A DNA stretch of 63,865 nucleotides, filler included, from Klebsormidium nitens (Eukaryota; Plantae; Klebsormidiophyceae): assembly GCA_000708835.1 (NCBI GenBank). It is 8 parts of 8 records of this genome, joined end to end, with 100 filler letters (N's around TTAATTAATTAA, not from the genome) between each part and the next. Parts side by side here need not be neighbours in the genome. Positions count along the whole stretch, not along the records: positions 33,934 to 52,021 come from DF237954.1; positions 52,122 to 58,296 come from DF237561.1; 6 more parts are not named here. One strand, 5' to 3'. A program made the translations under genes and the position numbers. The notes under the pieces are model-generated. The model was not told where the DNA came from and ran no database searches. It saw only the letters and a program-made list of their open reading frames with translations. This document shows positions 41,701-52,355 of this stretch, one piece after another; position 1 is the stretch's first letter; every line of letters begins with the position of its first letter.

Positions 41701-44700
41701 GTTTTACGGAGAGCACCAAGTTCCGGCAAAAGCGAGAACTCTGTAGCAGTGGCTCTTGCTCGAACAGATCATCGCCCGAGCAACCGTGTCCGTCTGCACA
41801 CACAGAAAGTCTTCCGAGATTCTTGCAGTGGCCAGTTTCGCACGGTAACGGGTTTTCTTTTAGCGGGGTCTCCCGCAATTTTGTACAGGCAGCTCTCGCC
41901 TCTCTTCCCCAACTCCACAGTCCGCTTCACCAGCACACTCTTCCCAAGTACAGAAAGACGCTTCACCGGACCCGCCTTTGCGAACGATCGGCCAGACAAT
42001 CTCTTGGCGAGGATTCAAGCCGCCGCTCTGACCTCGACAATGGGCGCCTTACCTTCTCGGTCTCAGCCAAAACCCCTGAGCTACAGAACTCCTACTTCTG
42101 TGAAAGCGCAGTAATATCTGCTCTCCAAACCGACACCCACCTACACCCCACGCTGTCGAAAATTTTCGACAATGGAGCAATTGCGCTTTGGGGGCTCGTT
42201 TCGTCCGCAACATACGAGAAGCTATTGAAACCTTTCCTGATGATGCAAAAGGTATTGGAATCGTACGACGCACTCAGCTCGAATGGAGAAACGACGTCAG
42301 ACATGCTCTGTGCTCGACACTCTGTTAGCAGCAAACCTAGTGGTCTCAAATTACTCACAGTGGCTATACTCGGAGCCAAACCAAACCTGTAAACGTACCT
42401 CGATATTGAGCGACTGCGCCAAGCGCTCCGCTTCGCGCCGCTCCTCCGCTGCAATCTCGCCGGGGGGTAAGCCCACGTGGCGGATCACCTGACGGACCAC
42501 CCCCGTCTCGGGGTCGACCTCCTCCGTAAACTCCAGCTCGGGATAACCCTTGATAACCTGCCAGGGTAAAAGCGGGGGTTGACGGCAAAGCATGAGCTTG
42601 AAGAGAAGAAGGGCGGACTCACTTTCGATGCGAGTGTGCAACGCAAACCCGCTGCAATGGTGGCAGATCGTCTACTTGTCTGCTAAGCAGACCCGAGTTG
42701 CGAATGCAACATTCACAGTCTCCTTTTCCGGTTCGCTTCCTTCTCAGATGCCAGCTCGCTAAGCGCGTGAAAACAAATCACAAACTCTGGAGCTGAAATT
42801 TAGCAACAGCTGAAAAAGGCCGCCCCAATGAAATCTAAAAGCTGGCCCACTCACCGACTCTACCGTCTCTTCTTTCGGCTCCTCTCTCCGTCTCAGCCGC
42901 TGCGGCCGTAGCTGTTCCAGCAGCGTCTGCTTCTCCGGCGCCTCCACCGTCTCCCCAAACCCGCCATCTCTAGTTACCGGTTCCTTTGCAACCATTGCCC
43001 CGTCGCTTGACCCTGGAAGCTGGTCCAACTGTTGGGAACTGCTCTCAGGTCCGTTTCCGGCCTCACGTTCCGCGCCCCTTCCTTTTTCGTTTTGCCCTCC
43101 GGAAGTGTTGCCGGTTTCTGAGGGCACTCCTGGGATTTGTCGTTTTTCCGAGGCCACTGCAGACCCAGCAATCCCGGAAGTGAGTTCAACGGCCTCTCGC
43201 TTTTCAACGTGACTTCTCTGAGCATCGCTCTCCTTTGAGGAAGGCGCTTTTCGTTCAACCTTTGCGTTGCCGACAGTCCGAGCAGTACTTGGAATTGGTT
43301 CGTCGTCCAGATCTGCCCAGAAGCCCCCAATGCTCAAACTTTCTTCCGCACGCCTCCTTTCCTCCAATCTCTTCCTCTCTTCTTCTTTTCTCCTCTCCTC
43401 TTCTTCCCTTTCTCTTTCCTCTTCATGCTTCGCACTTCTTCCAACCACTTCACGGTCAGAACCTTCAACGTGTGCGCCACTGACGTCATCACTCATCTCC
43501 AACAATGCATCATCCGCCAACAGAGCCTCGAGCTCCAACTCTTCGTCTTCAAACTCTCCCTTAACCACACTATCGATCAGGCTGAACTCTTTCGCCACTC
43601 TCTCGGCCCGTTGCTCCAGCATGATTTCTTCCTCCTCTAGTTCCTCTTCCAGCGAGTCGAGCGCCATATCCTTCCTCCGCTCCGCCACCATTTCGGGGGT
43701 CTCCCACAGACTGCCCGTATCCGGAATCGCTCTCTTCTTCCTCCCCCCCGTTTTCCTCTCTTCCGCTCTTCGTTGCAACGTCGCAATAAACTCTTCCGAG
43801 TCCCGCTTCTCCTTTTCGACATCCACCGGTTTCCGACTTTTCCTTCCCGAACCGCTAGAGAGACTTTCGATCCCCCTGACTGCCCTGCCGGCGCCCTGAC
43901 CCTTTTGGCTTCCCTCGATCGACAGGCTGCCGTCGCGGTTCAGCTTCCCGGCCAATGGCTCGTTGCCACGTGTCAGGTCGATGATGTCGCGCGTGCCTTG
44001 CTTGGCCTTTTTGGCGGCGCGCTCCGCCTTGGCCTTTTTCATCTCTTCGTCGAGGTCCATGTACATGTCGTCACCCCAGCCGTCCTGCCAATCAGGATCC
44101 TGCGCAAAAAGGGAATGGGTAAGTTTCATGCCTTTTTCTTCTGGCGACGAGTGTTTCGAAGCAGGGGTCTCAAACCCCGAATGACCTGATGACCAAATGA
44201 ACTGGAAGAGCAACTCTGAACCTCCTTCAGAGACCGGCGCCTGGATTCCTGACGATGAAACCCACGTTCAACGAACTTTTCAGAGGGAGCCTTTTGCAAG
44301 TCGTAAATAGTGGTATAGGATCGACGCAACAACTCTGGTCAAACAACGAGACACGTTCTTCATTGCTTGAACAACTTTCCTTAACTACTCCCAGCATCGG
44401 GAATACGTGACTAGACTCCCGAAGTAATGAACACATGATGAGCCCGTTAGAAACAAGCTTTGTAACGAACGCCCTTTCGTCAGAAAGCATTTCCGAAGCG
44501 AATTACGTATACTTCTGAAGCAAACTTCTTGAAGCTCTACAAGTTGGAAAATGCAGGTTCAAGGAAGAATCACTTCCTGCTCAAGTTATACAAGTTGCCG
44601 TCCCTGAACTTATTACATACATTGACCTCGAAGTAGTATATGCGCTGGACGTGTGCCTCTGATGTAGATAATCCCACGAGGTAGGTCACTCCAACAGGAT

Positions 44701-46658
44701 AAAACACAAGCATCTCTGCAAACCACTCAGCACCTCACCTGGATAAACTGCTCCTCAATCTCCTCATCCTCATCACTTTCCTCGTCCTCATCTCCCACCA
44801 TCGAATCCAGCCGCCTCTCCTCTTCCAGTCTCGCTCTCGCTTCCGGCATCAGCCCCGCATCACTCTTCCCCCTCAAAAGCTCCTCCGTTCGCCGAAGCGC
44901 CTCCTCCGTTTCGAAGTCCTCGTCATCATCGAAGTCCTCTCGTGAATGCCCCCGTTGCTTCTTCCCCCCCTTTCCCACGGCCCCGCTTTTACCCCCCCGT
45001 TTCGGAAGCACATCCTCAGAGCCCCCCAGATCAGAATCTCGAACGTCGTCTGGCATCCAGTTCTGCTTGCTCGCCATCATCTGATCAAACTGCGCCAATA
45101 GGCTATCGTCGTCGACGTCGGTTGCTTTCCCAATCTCAACATCCTCCGCTACGCTACTGTTGGGGGATCCCCCTCTCGCAATATCATCCAATCCACCTGG
45201 TACTTTACCCTCTCGAGCTGGCCCCCTGTTTGCGTTTCCGGGGGACCCGACGCCCGATTGCCCATTCATACCCCCTCCAAACCCGTTTCTTAACCGCCCT
45301 TCAATCGCCCGCGCCTTTGCTGCTAACTCCTCTTGAGACATTGCAAGCTCACCCAAACCCCTCTCCCCGGTTTCCTCCCCCTCCTCATTCGTAAACGCCG
45401 CGCCATAACTAGGGCTGGGCTCTTGACTGAACTCTGACGGCATCACAGGGGGGGTAAGGATCTCCGACTTCTGAGGACCCCCCTGGGGACCTGGAGGCGC
45501 CTCTTTCATGTACTCTTTGACGAGGTCATAGTCCGGCAGTCCCAGGTCCCACTGGTCAAAACTGGGCGCATTCTTTTCCGGGGGTGCTCTCCCTGCTTCA
45601 CTGCTCACTTGCTTTTCCCCTCCTCCCATTGCACCACTTGGTGCGTCTCTTTCCTGGGGAGAAAGCTCGGACTCTATCTTCGTGTTCGCAGCATTTCCCC
45701 CCCCAGCTATACCATTCGCGAACGCCCCCTGAGAAGGCCGGGCCTGCAATTCCTGCCACGTATTTGACACCTTCCTAGTTCCCCGCACCCCGCTTCCACC
45801 CAGTTTCTGTGGCAATCTCAATGCCCCTTCCCCCCTTCCACTCACTGACGCAACTCCTCCTCGGCGGCCCTGATCGTCACCCCTCTCCGGTTTGTCGCTA
45901 ACCCTCCCCGAAAACCCCGTTCCCCTCTCTCCCCCGTCTGGAGACCGCTTCTTCACTCCCGTTCCTTGCCCCGGCTTCTGCCCAGCCCCTTCCCTGGGCG
46001 CCACCTGGCGCTCCCTGATTGGCTCGCTCCAGTCCGCAAGGTCATCTCCTGCTGACAGTCGCTCATCTAGCTGCTTGCCCTCTGCCGGGGACTGCATACC
46101 CAGTTTCGCAAGGAACGATGCCGGGTCGACAGACTTCCATTCCCCTTGAAACTCCCGAGCCATGCTTTGTCCCCCCCTCGCGCCGAGCATGTTATACGTG
46201 CTCTCTTTCGCCAGCGGCGAGTCGTCCCAATTCTCCAAGAGCGCAGCGTCGTTCTTCTCCTGCTTCGCCTTTTGGGCCTGTGCGTGTCGGGCGGCACCCC
46301 CCATAAGATCCTCAAAGTCGAGCGGCGGAAGAGCGTAGTCGCCATCATCAGAAGGCTCTTCTGATCGTAGAGAAGATGCACGGGCGCAGACAAGTCTTTG
46401 GTGTTTCCTTTGGCTGGTTGTGGACTTGACCAGGAATCCTTCCGTACCACCCAACATTCTCTTCAAGGTTGCAGTGTTGCACCGCTGTCTTGTGTCAAAC
46501 TCCTTGGCACCATTACCAAGGGCAAGCCTCGACACTGCGGCACACTTGCGGCCATCACTTAGGCCATCAAGGTTCCAAAACTTCCTTCTTCCCCAGCAGT
46601 GACCGGCTCGTTCATAAGAGGTGGGCTGGGCAGCCCTGAAATTGTGCACGCAGGACAT
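38720..46658 (-). CDS. Six-exon gene, ~1297-aa protein: transit-peptide-like start, long acidic/Gly-rich region, helical C-terminal domain
   Basis: Exons 46658-44739, 44099-42855, 42557-42399, 41560-41405, 39841-39659 and 38950-38720. All introns are GT-AG and phase 0, giving a continuous frame. Confidence 0.78.
39947..40502 (-). repeat. Degenerate tandem copies of the exon-5 splice acceptor and exon start
   Basis: GCTGACGTCAC(G/A)CAG|GCCGAGATGGAGCGG...GCGCTGCGCCTGCT copies at ~39947-40004 and 40121-40178, with weaker copies at ~40277-40318 and 40445-40480. Confidence 0.8.
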
Positions 46659-47436
46659 GCTTACGGAAAGCGCCTAATTTTTGTGCAGGTGGTGATACAT
46701 CTATAGATTACGGCCGGGCAGAGAGGCTTCCAATTTGATTGCTGGTATCTCCAGTGTCTGCCTATATGTGTCACTTTATCAGAATATGAGTTCTACAATC
46801 ACACTTCGTCTGTACGTCTACAGTATCCTTCCTGGTAGAAGTAGGTATATGCTATTTGATTTTGGCACCTTCGACGCCGAAATGTTAAATATGAAACTTC
46901 CTATGCTTTCGGAGGACCTAGTGTTACCTGCTAAAAAATACCATTATCGACCATTATCGCTCCAAAATATTTTCCAGCGGAATTCGGCAATAATTATTTA
47001 ATTTTTTGCCGAAAGAATACGGTACCAGAATATTACCTGGCCAGTTTTGAATTGCTAGAAAAATACCGAAATGTTGAATATGCTCCTGGTTTGGTGTTGA
47101 GGAATTTATAAGAATGCTAATTCTGGCCATTTTGCCCTCCTCCTCTCCTCTTCGAAGAGGAGATCTCCAAGTCTCTGTCTGCCTTCTTATCTGCCTATTC
47201 TCACTTCCTCGCCTCTCCGTTCTCCTTGGTTCTCCCTGCCTTCACTGGGCTTCAGGCTTTTAAGTTTTGGACTCTGGAGTAGCAGTCGCGTGAAGTGTGA
47301 TGCATGCAGAGGGACTTCAACTTGGCAGTGAGAAAAGCAAATCTATGGGAATGCGCAGGAACTTGATCTGAAGGCGCGGGTCTGCTTTGCCAGGGTGTTG
47401 AGGTAGAGTGGCATCTTTTCAGCAGAAAGCGTAGTT

Positions 47437-49167
47437 ATGGCGGAGGTGCAGTCGGGGGGAAAAAGAAAAAGACCCCGTGGGCAAGCTGGCGAGGAGACCG
47501 AACGTGTGGGTGGGGGACCACATGACACTGATGAGTCAAAGGCAAGCGGAACATTTGCAAATTGTGCTTATTGTTATCAATTCGTTCTGAGTTTGCACCA
47601 AGCATTCCTTTTGTCATGCATAAGTTTGGCTAGTGCCTGACGTACAGGTTGGTGCCTCTTTGGTGGTAAAGATAGCCGATGCTGGTGCTGGACACCTAGA
47701 TGCAGTACTTGGCATATTGCGGTCTGTGGGAGTATAGATCTGCAGGTTGCTTCCCTGGAGGAAGGCCTCCAGGAATAGAATCAGTTGCTATGTCACGTTC
47801 CCTACTCAAGGTCTGCTTGGCACAACGTGAGGTCCTTGCGACCAATTCTAGTTTTTGATCCGGGCGGAGAGGGTTGTCAATGCTCAAATGCTTCTGTTGA
47901 AGGATAGGAAGTGCCTTCATCACTTCCACTTTATCATGCAGGCGCTGAATTGAGTCTCTTTGAATTTGCAGAATGTCATGGACAAAGTCCTGGAGCAGAT
48001 TGGTTTGCTTTCAAACAGTGTCAACACGCTGTCGGGAACTGTCAACTCGCTTGACAAGAAGATGCGGCGCATCTTGAAAAGTCAGAAGGCTCATGCCCAA
48101 GGTATGGTTTGTGCAATGTGTAACGGATAGGCATCTTACGTTGCTCAGGGGTGCTGCAGAGCTGTTTGGGTTTTGTTTTACAAGTCCACAGGAAACGTGT
48201 CATTGTTCTTATCGGTCTAGAAGACCAGTGTCAGTCATGTTCATGGATAATATTCAGAAAAGCAGCGGAAAGAACGAACAAACACATTCTTGTTATTGGA
48301 TGATTATCAGAGAAGCAGCGGAAAGAACGAGCAAACATAGTCTTCTGAATACAGAAGGTTGAGGCCCCTTCAAATCATTGGAGTTTTGTTCTTGCAGCCC
48401 TGAAGGCGCTGGAACTGAGCGCTCAGTTCAGCGCAGAGTACGGTGATCCGTTTGAGTACTCGGAAGGGGCAGCCACCGAGAAGCGGGACCCCGACTTTCG
48501 GAAACGAGTCATTGAGTTCTATGGATCTGAGGTGGCAATCAAGATCATCAAAAAGCGGAGCAGTGGAAAAACGAAGACGGTCTTCCGCAAGAGGATTGTC
48601 TGCGCTGCAACCGGCGAGCCGATGCCAGCCTCAAATGTGATCGCAAGTCACCTCTTTAAGCACTTGTGGGCGAACAGAAAGCACCAGCTCGACCTTGACA
48701 GCATAGATAACCCCCGGAACGGCCTTATGTTGTGCAAAGGGGTAGAAAGCGCGTACGATAACTCTCAACCGTCCATAATCCAGAAGGATGGCGGATTGAG
48801 GATTCACATCCTGGATCCTTCCCTAAAGTCAATCAAGGTCCTTGACCACACAAGAAGCCTTTTGGCTGACCGCTTCCAGGAGCATGATGATGAGGGGATC
48901 AAGGCGCGCAACTCCGACGTCTTCCGGAATGAGCCGGACTTCCAAAGCATGACGTTTGGCGACTTGGAGGGGCGGGCGCTGGTTCTGCCGGTCCACAAGC
49001 AGCCCTTTGATCGGTGCCTGTGCTTCCAGGCACACCAAGCGCGTAAGCGAGCCGTGGGTCTCGGGTGGCTGTCAAAGGCCACGGATTTCGACTTTGACGA
49101 CTTCTGGTCGGAGGGGGCATCGTACTTGGAGAAAGTTCGCGCTTGGCAAGCCACAAGCCGACCGTGA
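47437..49167 (+). CDS. Three-exon HNH endonuclease (HNH_2/Crinkler-associated type), ~334 aa
   Basis: Exons 47437-47541 (GC donor), 47972-48101 and 48398-49167. KRKRPR NLS-like motif, coiled coil, FRKRVIEFYG, CAATG, ASHLFK and PRNGLMLCKGVESAYDN. Confidence 0.75.
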
Positions 49168-49750
49168 TCTCATTGAACCATCTTAGTTCTGCTAACACAA
49201 AGACGTGAGGATCTAGTCACTTGAAGCCTTAGTCTAAGGCCATGCAGCGAATTATGCTGCAACTCTATGACAATCTCTTCTTGTGATTTCAACATCGCAA
49301 TTGCCCGTTTGTGTCAGTTGCAATCAACCGGAAACTCTCTCAAGGATAGCCTTTCTAGAGTGCACGCTGGCTTGGCCATTGGTTGAACACTTGGTACAGG
49401 GATCGGCCCCTATCGAACACTTTAGCAATTGTGCATGCAATATAATTCCTCATGTGAGTAGATTGAATATCTACATGGAGGCCTCGCATGCAAATATGTA
49501 TGTCGCTGGTAACATCATTGTAGCCAAGGATTTCAACCGTTATCAGTGGGGCAGTCGCGTGATGTTAGAGAATGTGGATATCTGCACATGACAAGTTGAA
49601 TGATCAGATTGATTGTACATAGTGTGCTGTTGCATATCATGCATTCAGAAGTATAGGGGCATAGAGGCGATGGTAACTTACGGTTTATTAACGCCCTGAG
49701 CCACATAGAGCCATCGGGCAAAGGCGATCATTAGTTCAATCTTTCGCTAG

Positions 49751-50136
49751 TATGCTCCGTTTCTATCCACGCTTGCCAGCTTTAGGGTAGGGGCTCATAA
49801 GTTGGCTATTGAAACGGGAGCTTGGCAAAGGAAGCCGCGGACCGAAAGGTTTTGTACGATATGTGCAACAGGCGCGGTAGAGGACGAAAGTCATTTCGTA
49901 TTTGAATGCCCAGCATACAATAATGTTAGGAGTTCTTTCCCTTCCATCTTTGAGGATAGAGGAGAACAGAAGTTAAGTTCGTTCCTCAATTTGCAAGATA
50001 AGTATATGGTAGGGAAGTTTCTGCACTTAAGCTTTGCAATAAGATCAAGCTTAGTGCAGGCTTGAGTAGATTGATCGTCGACTAAGCCGACCACGGCTTC
50101 GAACCGACGTTAAAAGATTAATTGTAATTGTAATTG
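49751..50136 (+). mobile_element. 5'-truncated LINE 3' end (CCHC domain plus short tandem tail)
   Basis: LASFRVGAHKLAIETGAW...ERFCTICATGAVEDESHFVFECPAY, followed by a (TAATTG)3-type tail at ~50117-50136. Confidence 0.8.
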
Positions 50137-50434
50137 GTAGTATGGCATAACTTTGATACTCAGTCCAAGTGGCCGCTGGCATTGAAAGCTCAGCGCGCAG
50201 CTGCAAATCATGAATCATAGCGTTGTTGAAGTAGCTTGCAACCCCGCCTCTAACTCCGCCCGGTTGCTTGATGGAGAAGTCATCGGGGAGTTTGAGTCGA
50301 GATTCGTTTTGAGGATAAGGCGAATGAAAGGTCGACACCTGTCCGGGGTGGAAACTTGGTGCCAAGCTACTATCAGTGGTGACACTACGTATATATAAGT
50401 AGGAAGTAGGGCGCTTGGTTTTGTTCAGCGCGTC

Positions 50435-51259
50435 ATGGCTACCTATGCCGAAGTGGCCTCCAAGGAGACGATGACACTAGAATCACTGCACGCAGCCATG
50501 ATAGAGATGAGGCAGACGCTGGAAACCAAGATACATGATCAAAAACAGAGGATTGATGCGCAGGCAGAGGAGATTGCGGGACTGAAAAGCGAATTGGCTC
50601 AAGCAAGAACTGATTTGTCAAAGCTGGACCGCCAGACTGGCGAGTTTGGAAAGACTGTGGAGAACTTTGGAAAGGTTGTTCAGGATAAGGTGTTTCCCAA
50701 TCAGTCAGCTGAACCCCTGCAAAATGCGAAGGTGGTAGAGGAGGTCAGGAGGACAGTCTCCGCGGTGGTGGAAGAGACAGTTTGGGAAACTGTTGAGCGC
50801 AAGTCACGTGGGTGCACGCTTCGCATCACAGGTCTTGAAGGAAATCAAGAGGGGCCTGCTGTGCTTGAACAAGTAATCCAGCTCGTGTCGGAGAAGATGA
50901 AAATGCCAAATGCTAAAGATCTGATCCAAACGGCTTCAAGGATTGGAAAGCATAGAGAAGATGGACGGCCTCAGGTGGTGCTGGCGCGCTGCGTGTCTGA
51001 GCAAGCGCGGCGGCAGATCCTCATGCGGAAGCCAAACCTTAAGGGCTGCAGGATTGGGGTTGACGAAGACAGAACGCCTGTCCAGCAAGCTCAGCATTAC
51101 AGCATGGTCAAGCTCATGCGCGAGGCCAGGGCTCAAAAGAAGCATGCACGCATTGTGGGGGGCAGGCTCTTTGTCGACGGCGCGGTTGTGAGAGTCCATG
51201 ACTTGGGACTGAAGCGCGGAGCCGCAGATGGAGCTGCTCCAGTTCCTAACCAAAGCTAG
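50435..51259 (+). CDS. LINE ORF1 (L1-type coiled coil + RRM + CTD)
   Basis: Heptad region, RKSRGCTLRITGL, ASRIGK...RPQVVLAR, IGVDEDRT and IVGGRLFVDG. Confidence 0.85.
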   Translation: MATYAEVASKETMTLESLHAAMIEMRQTLETKIHDQKQRIDAQAEEIAGLKSELAQARTDLSKLDRQTGEFGKTVENFGKVVQDKVFPNQSAEPLQNAKVVEEVRRTVSAVVEETVWETVERKSRGCTLRITGLEGNQEGPAVLEQVIQLVSEKMKMPNAKDLIQTASRIGKHREDGRPQVVLARCVSEQARRQILMRKPNLKGCRIGVDEDRTPVQQAQHYSMVKLMREARAQKKHARIVGGRLFVDGAVVRVHDLGLKRGAADGAAPVPNQS

Positions 51260-51704
51260 GGGTGCGGGAGCCGTGATGGGGAAGGGGGGTGGAGGGATAG
51301 TGGAGAGAAGCAAGGTTTGAAACTTTCCCTTTGGAATTGTCAGGGATGGGGTGAGGAGAAGGCGGATGTCCTTTCAAAGCTAACTTGTGGATTAGAGGTG
51401 GAGGTCATTCTTTTGACTGAAACCTGGGCTAGACCAAACGAAAAGCTTGTCAACCTTCCAGGGTTCCAATCGTTCGAGCAGCCTCGTAGTTTTGAGCATC
51501 CAGCTGCCTGGCGGGGCGCGGGAGGTTTGGCAATTTTGGTTTCAGAAGCATTGGTGTGACGGTTGGACAGGGTTTACACGCTGCCTGTCTACTTCACATG
51601 TGCGGAAACCATGCGAAGCTTTTCAGCACGCCTTGGGATCACCTCAGCAAGAGCGCCTCTCAGAAAAATTGCGTCTTCTTGCCTTCTTCCCAAAGACTGA
51701 TTAG
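51260..51704 (+). pseudogene. LINE ORF2 APE endonuclease N-terminus, disrupted and truncated
   Basis: LSLWNCQG, VILLTETW, LPGF and GGLAILVS; TGA at 51557-51559; no RT domain follows. Confidence 0.8.
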
Positions 51705-52140
51705 TTAGGACTCACGAAGAGGCTCCATATTCAGTCAAGGGGTCTCGAGACTCGCGCCTCGCAAGGCACTTGCTTCTTTACGCTTGATGAAATCACAAGA
51801 GCCATGTCGAGAAGACGTCTCAGCGTCTCTGCCCTCGATATGGGTTGATCACGTCTCATCCACGATCAGAAAGCCATGTCAAGAGATAAGACAATTGAAT
51901 CCACATATATTGAGCACGTTGCGCTGTCGCGATGAGGATCACCACAAGTCGAGACAGATCAGCACGTCACGATACATGATGTGACTAGATATGCATCAAT
52001 AGCATACAGCTCTACATACAANNNNNNNNNNNNNNNNNNNNNNNNNNNNNNNNNNNNNNNNNNNNTTAATTAATTAANNNNNNNNNNNNNNNNNNNNNNN
52101 NNNNNNNNNNNNNNNNNNNNNCGCTAACTCGCGGTCAACG

Positions 52141-52188
52141 AAATCCTGTCGAGAACGAGGTTAGGCTTAACTAGTCATAAACGTTACA
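52141..52188. repeat. Second copy of the LTR-like end (...GTTACA)
   Basis: Near-identical to 33934-33982. Confidence 0.6.
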
Positions 52189-52355
52189 CCTTTTCTACGT
52201 ACGGCTACTGTACCACTGCATTGGTGCTTCTCTTGAGCTGCGCGTCATGCGATCGAACGCTCATTTTGGGCCCGGCATGCCGACGGCAGAGCTAGCCAGA
52301 TCGGCAATCCAGGCCAACAAGTTAAACCATGCGGAGCCTTTCCGCTAAACTGCAA

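Noticed and set aside
46740-47130. AT-rich tract suggestive of a MITE
   Set aside because: No convincing terminal inverted repeats or TSD.
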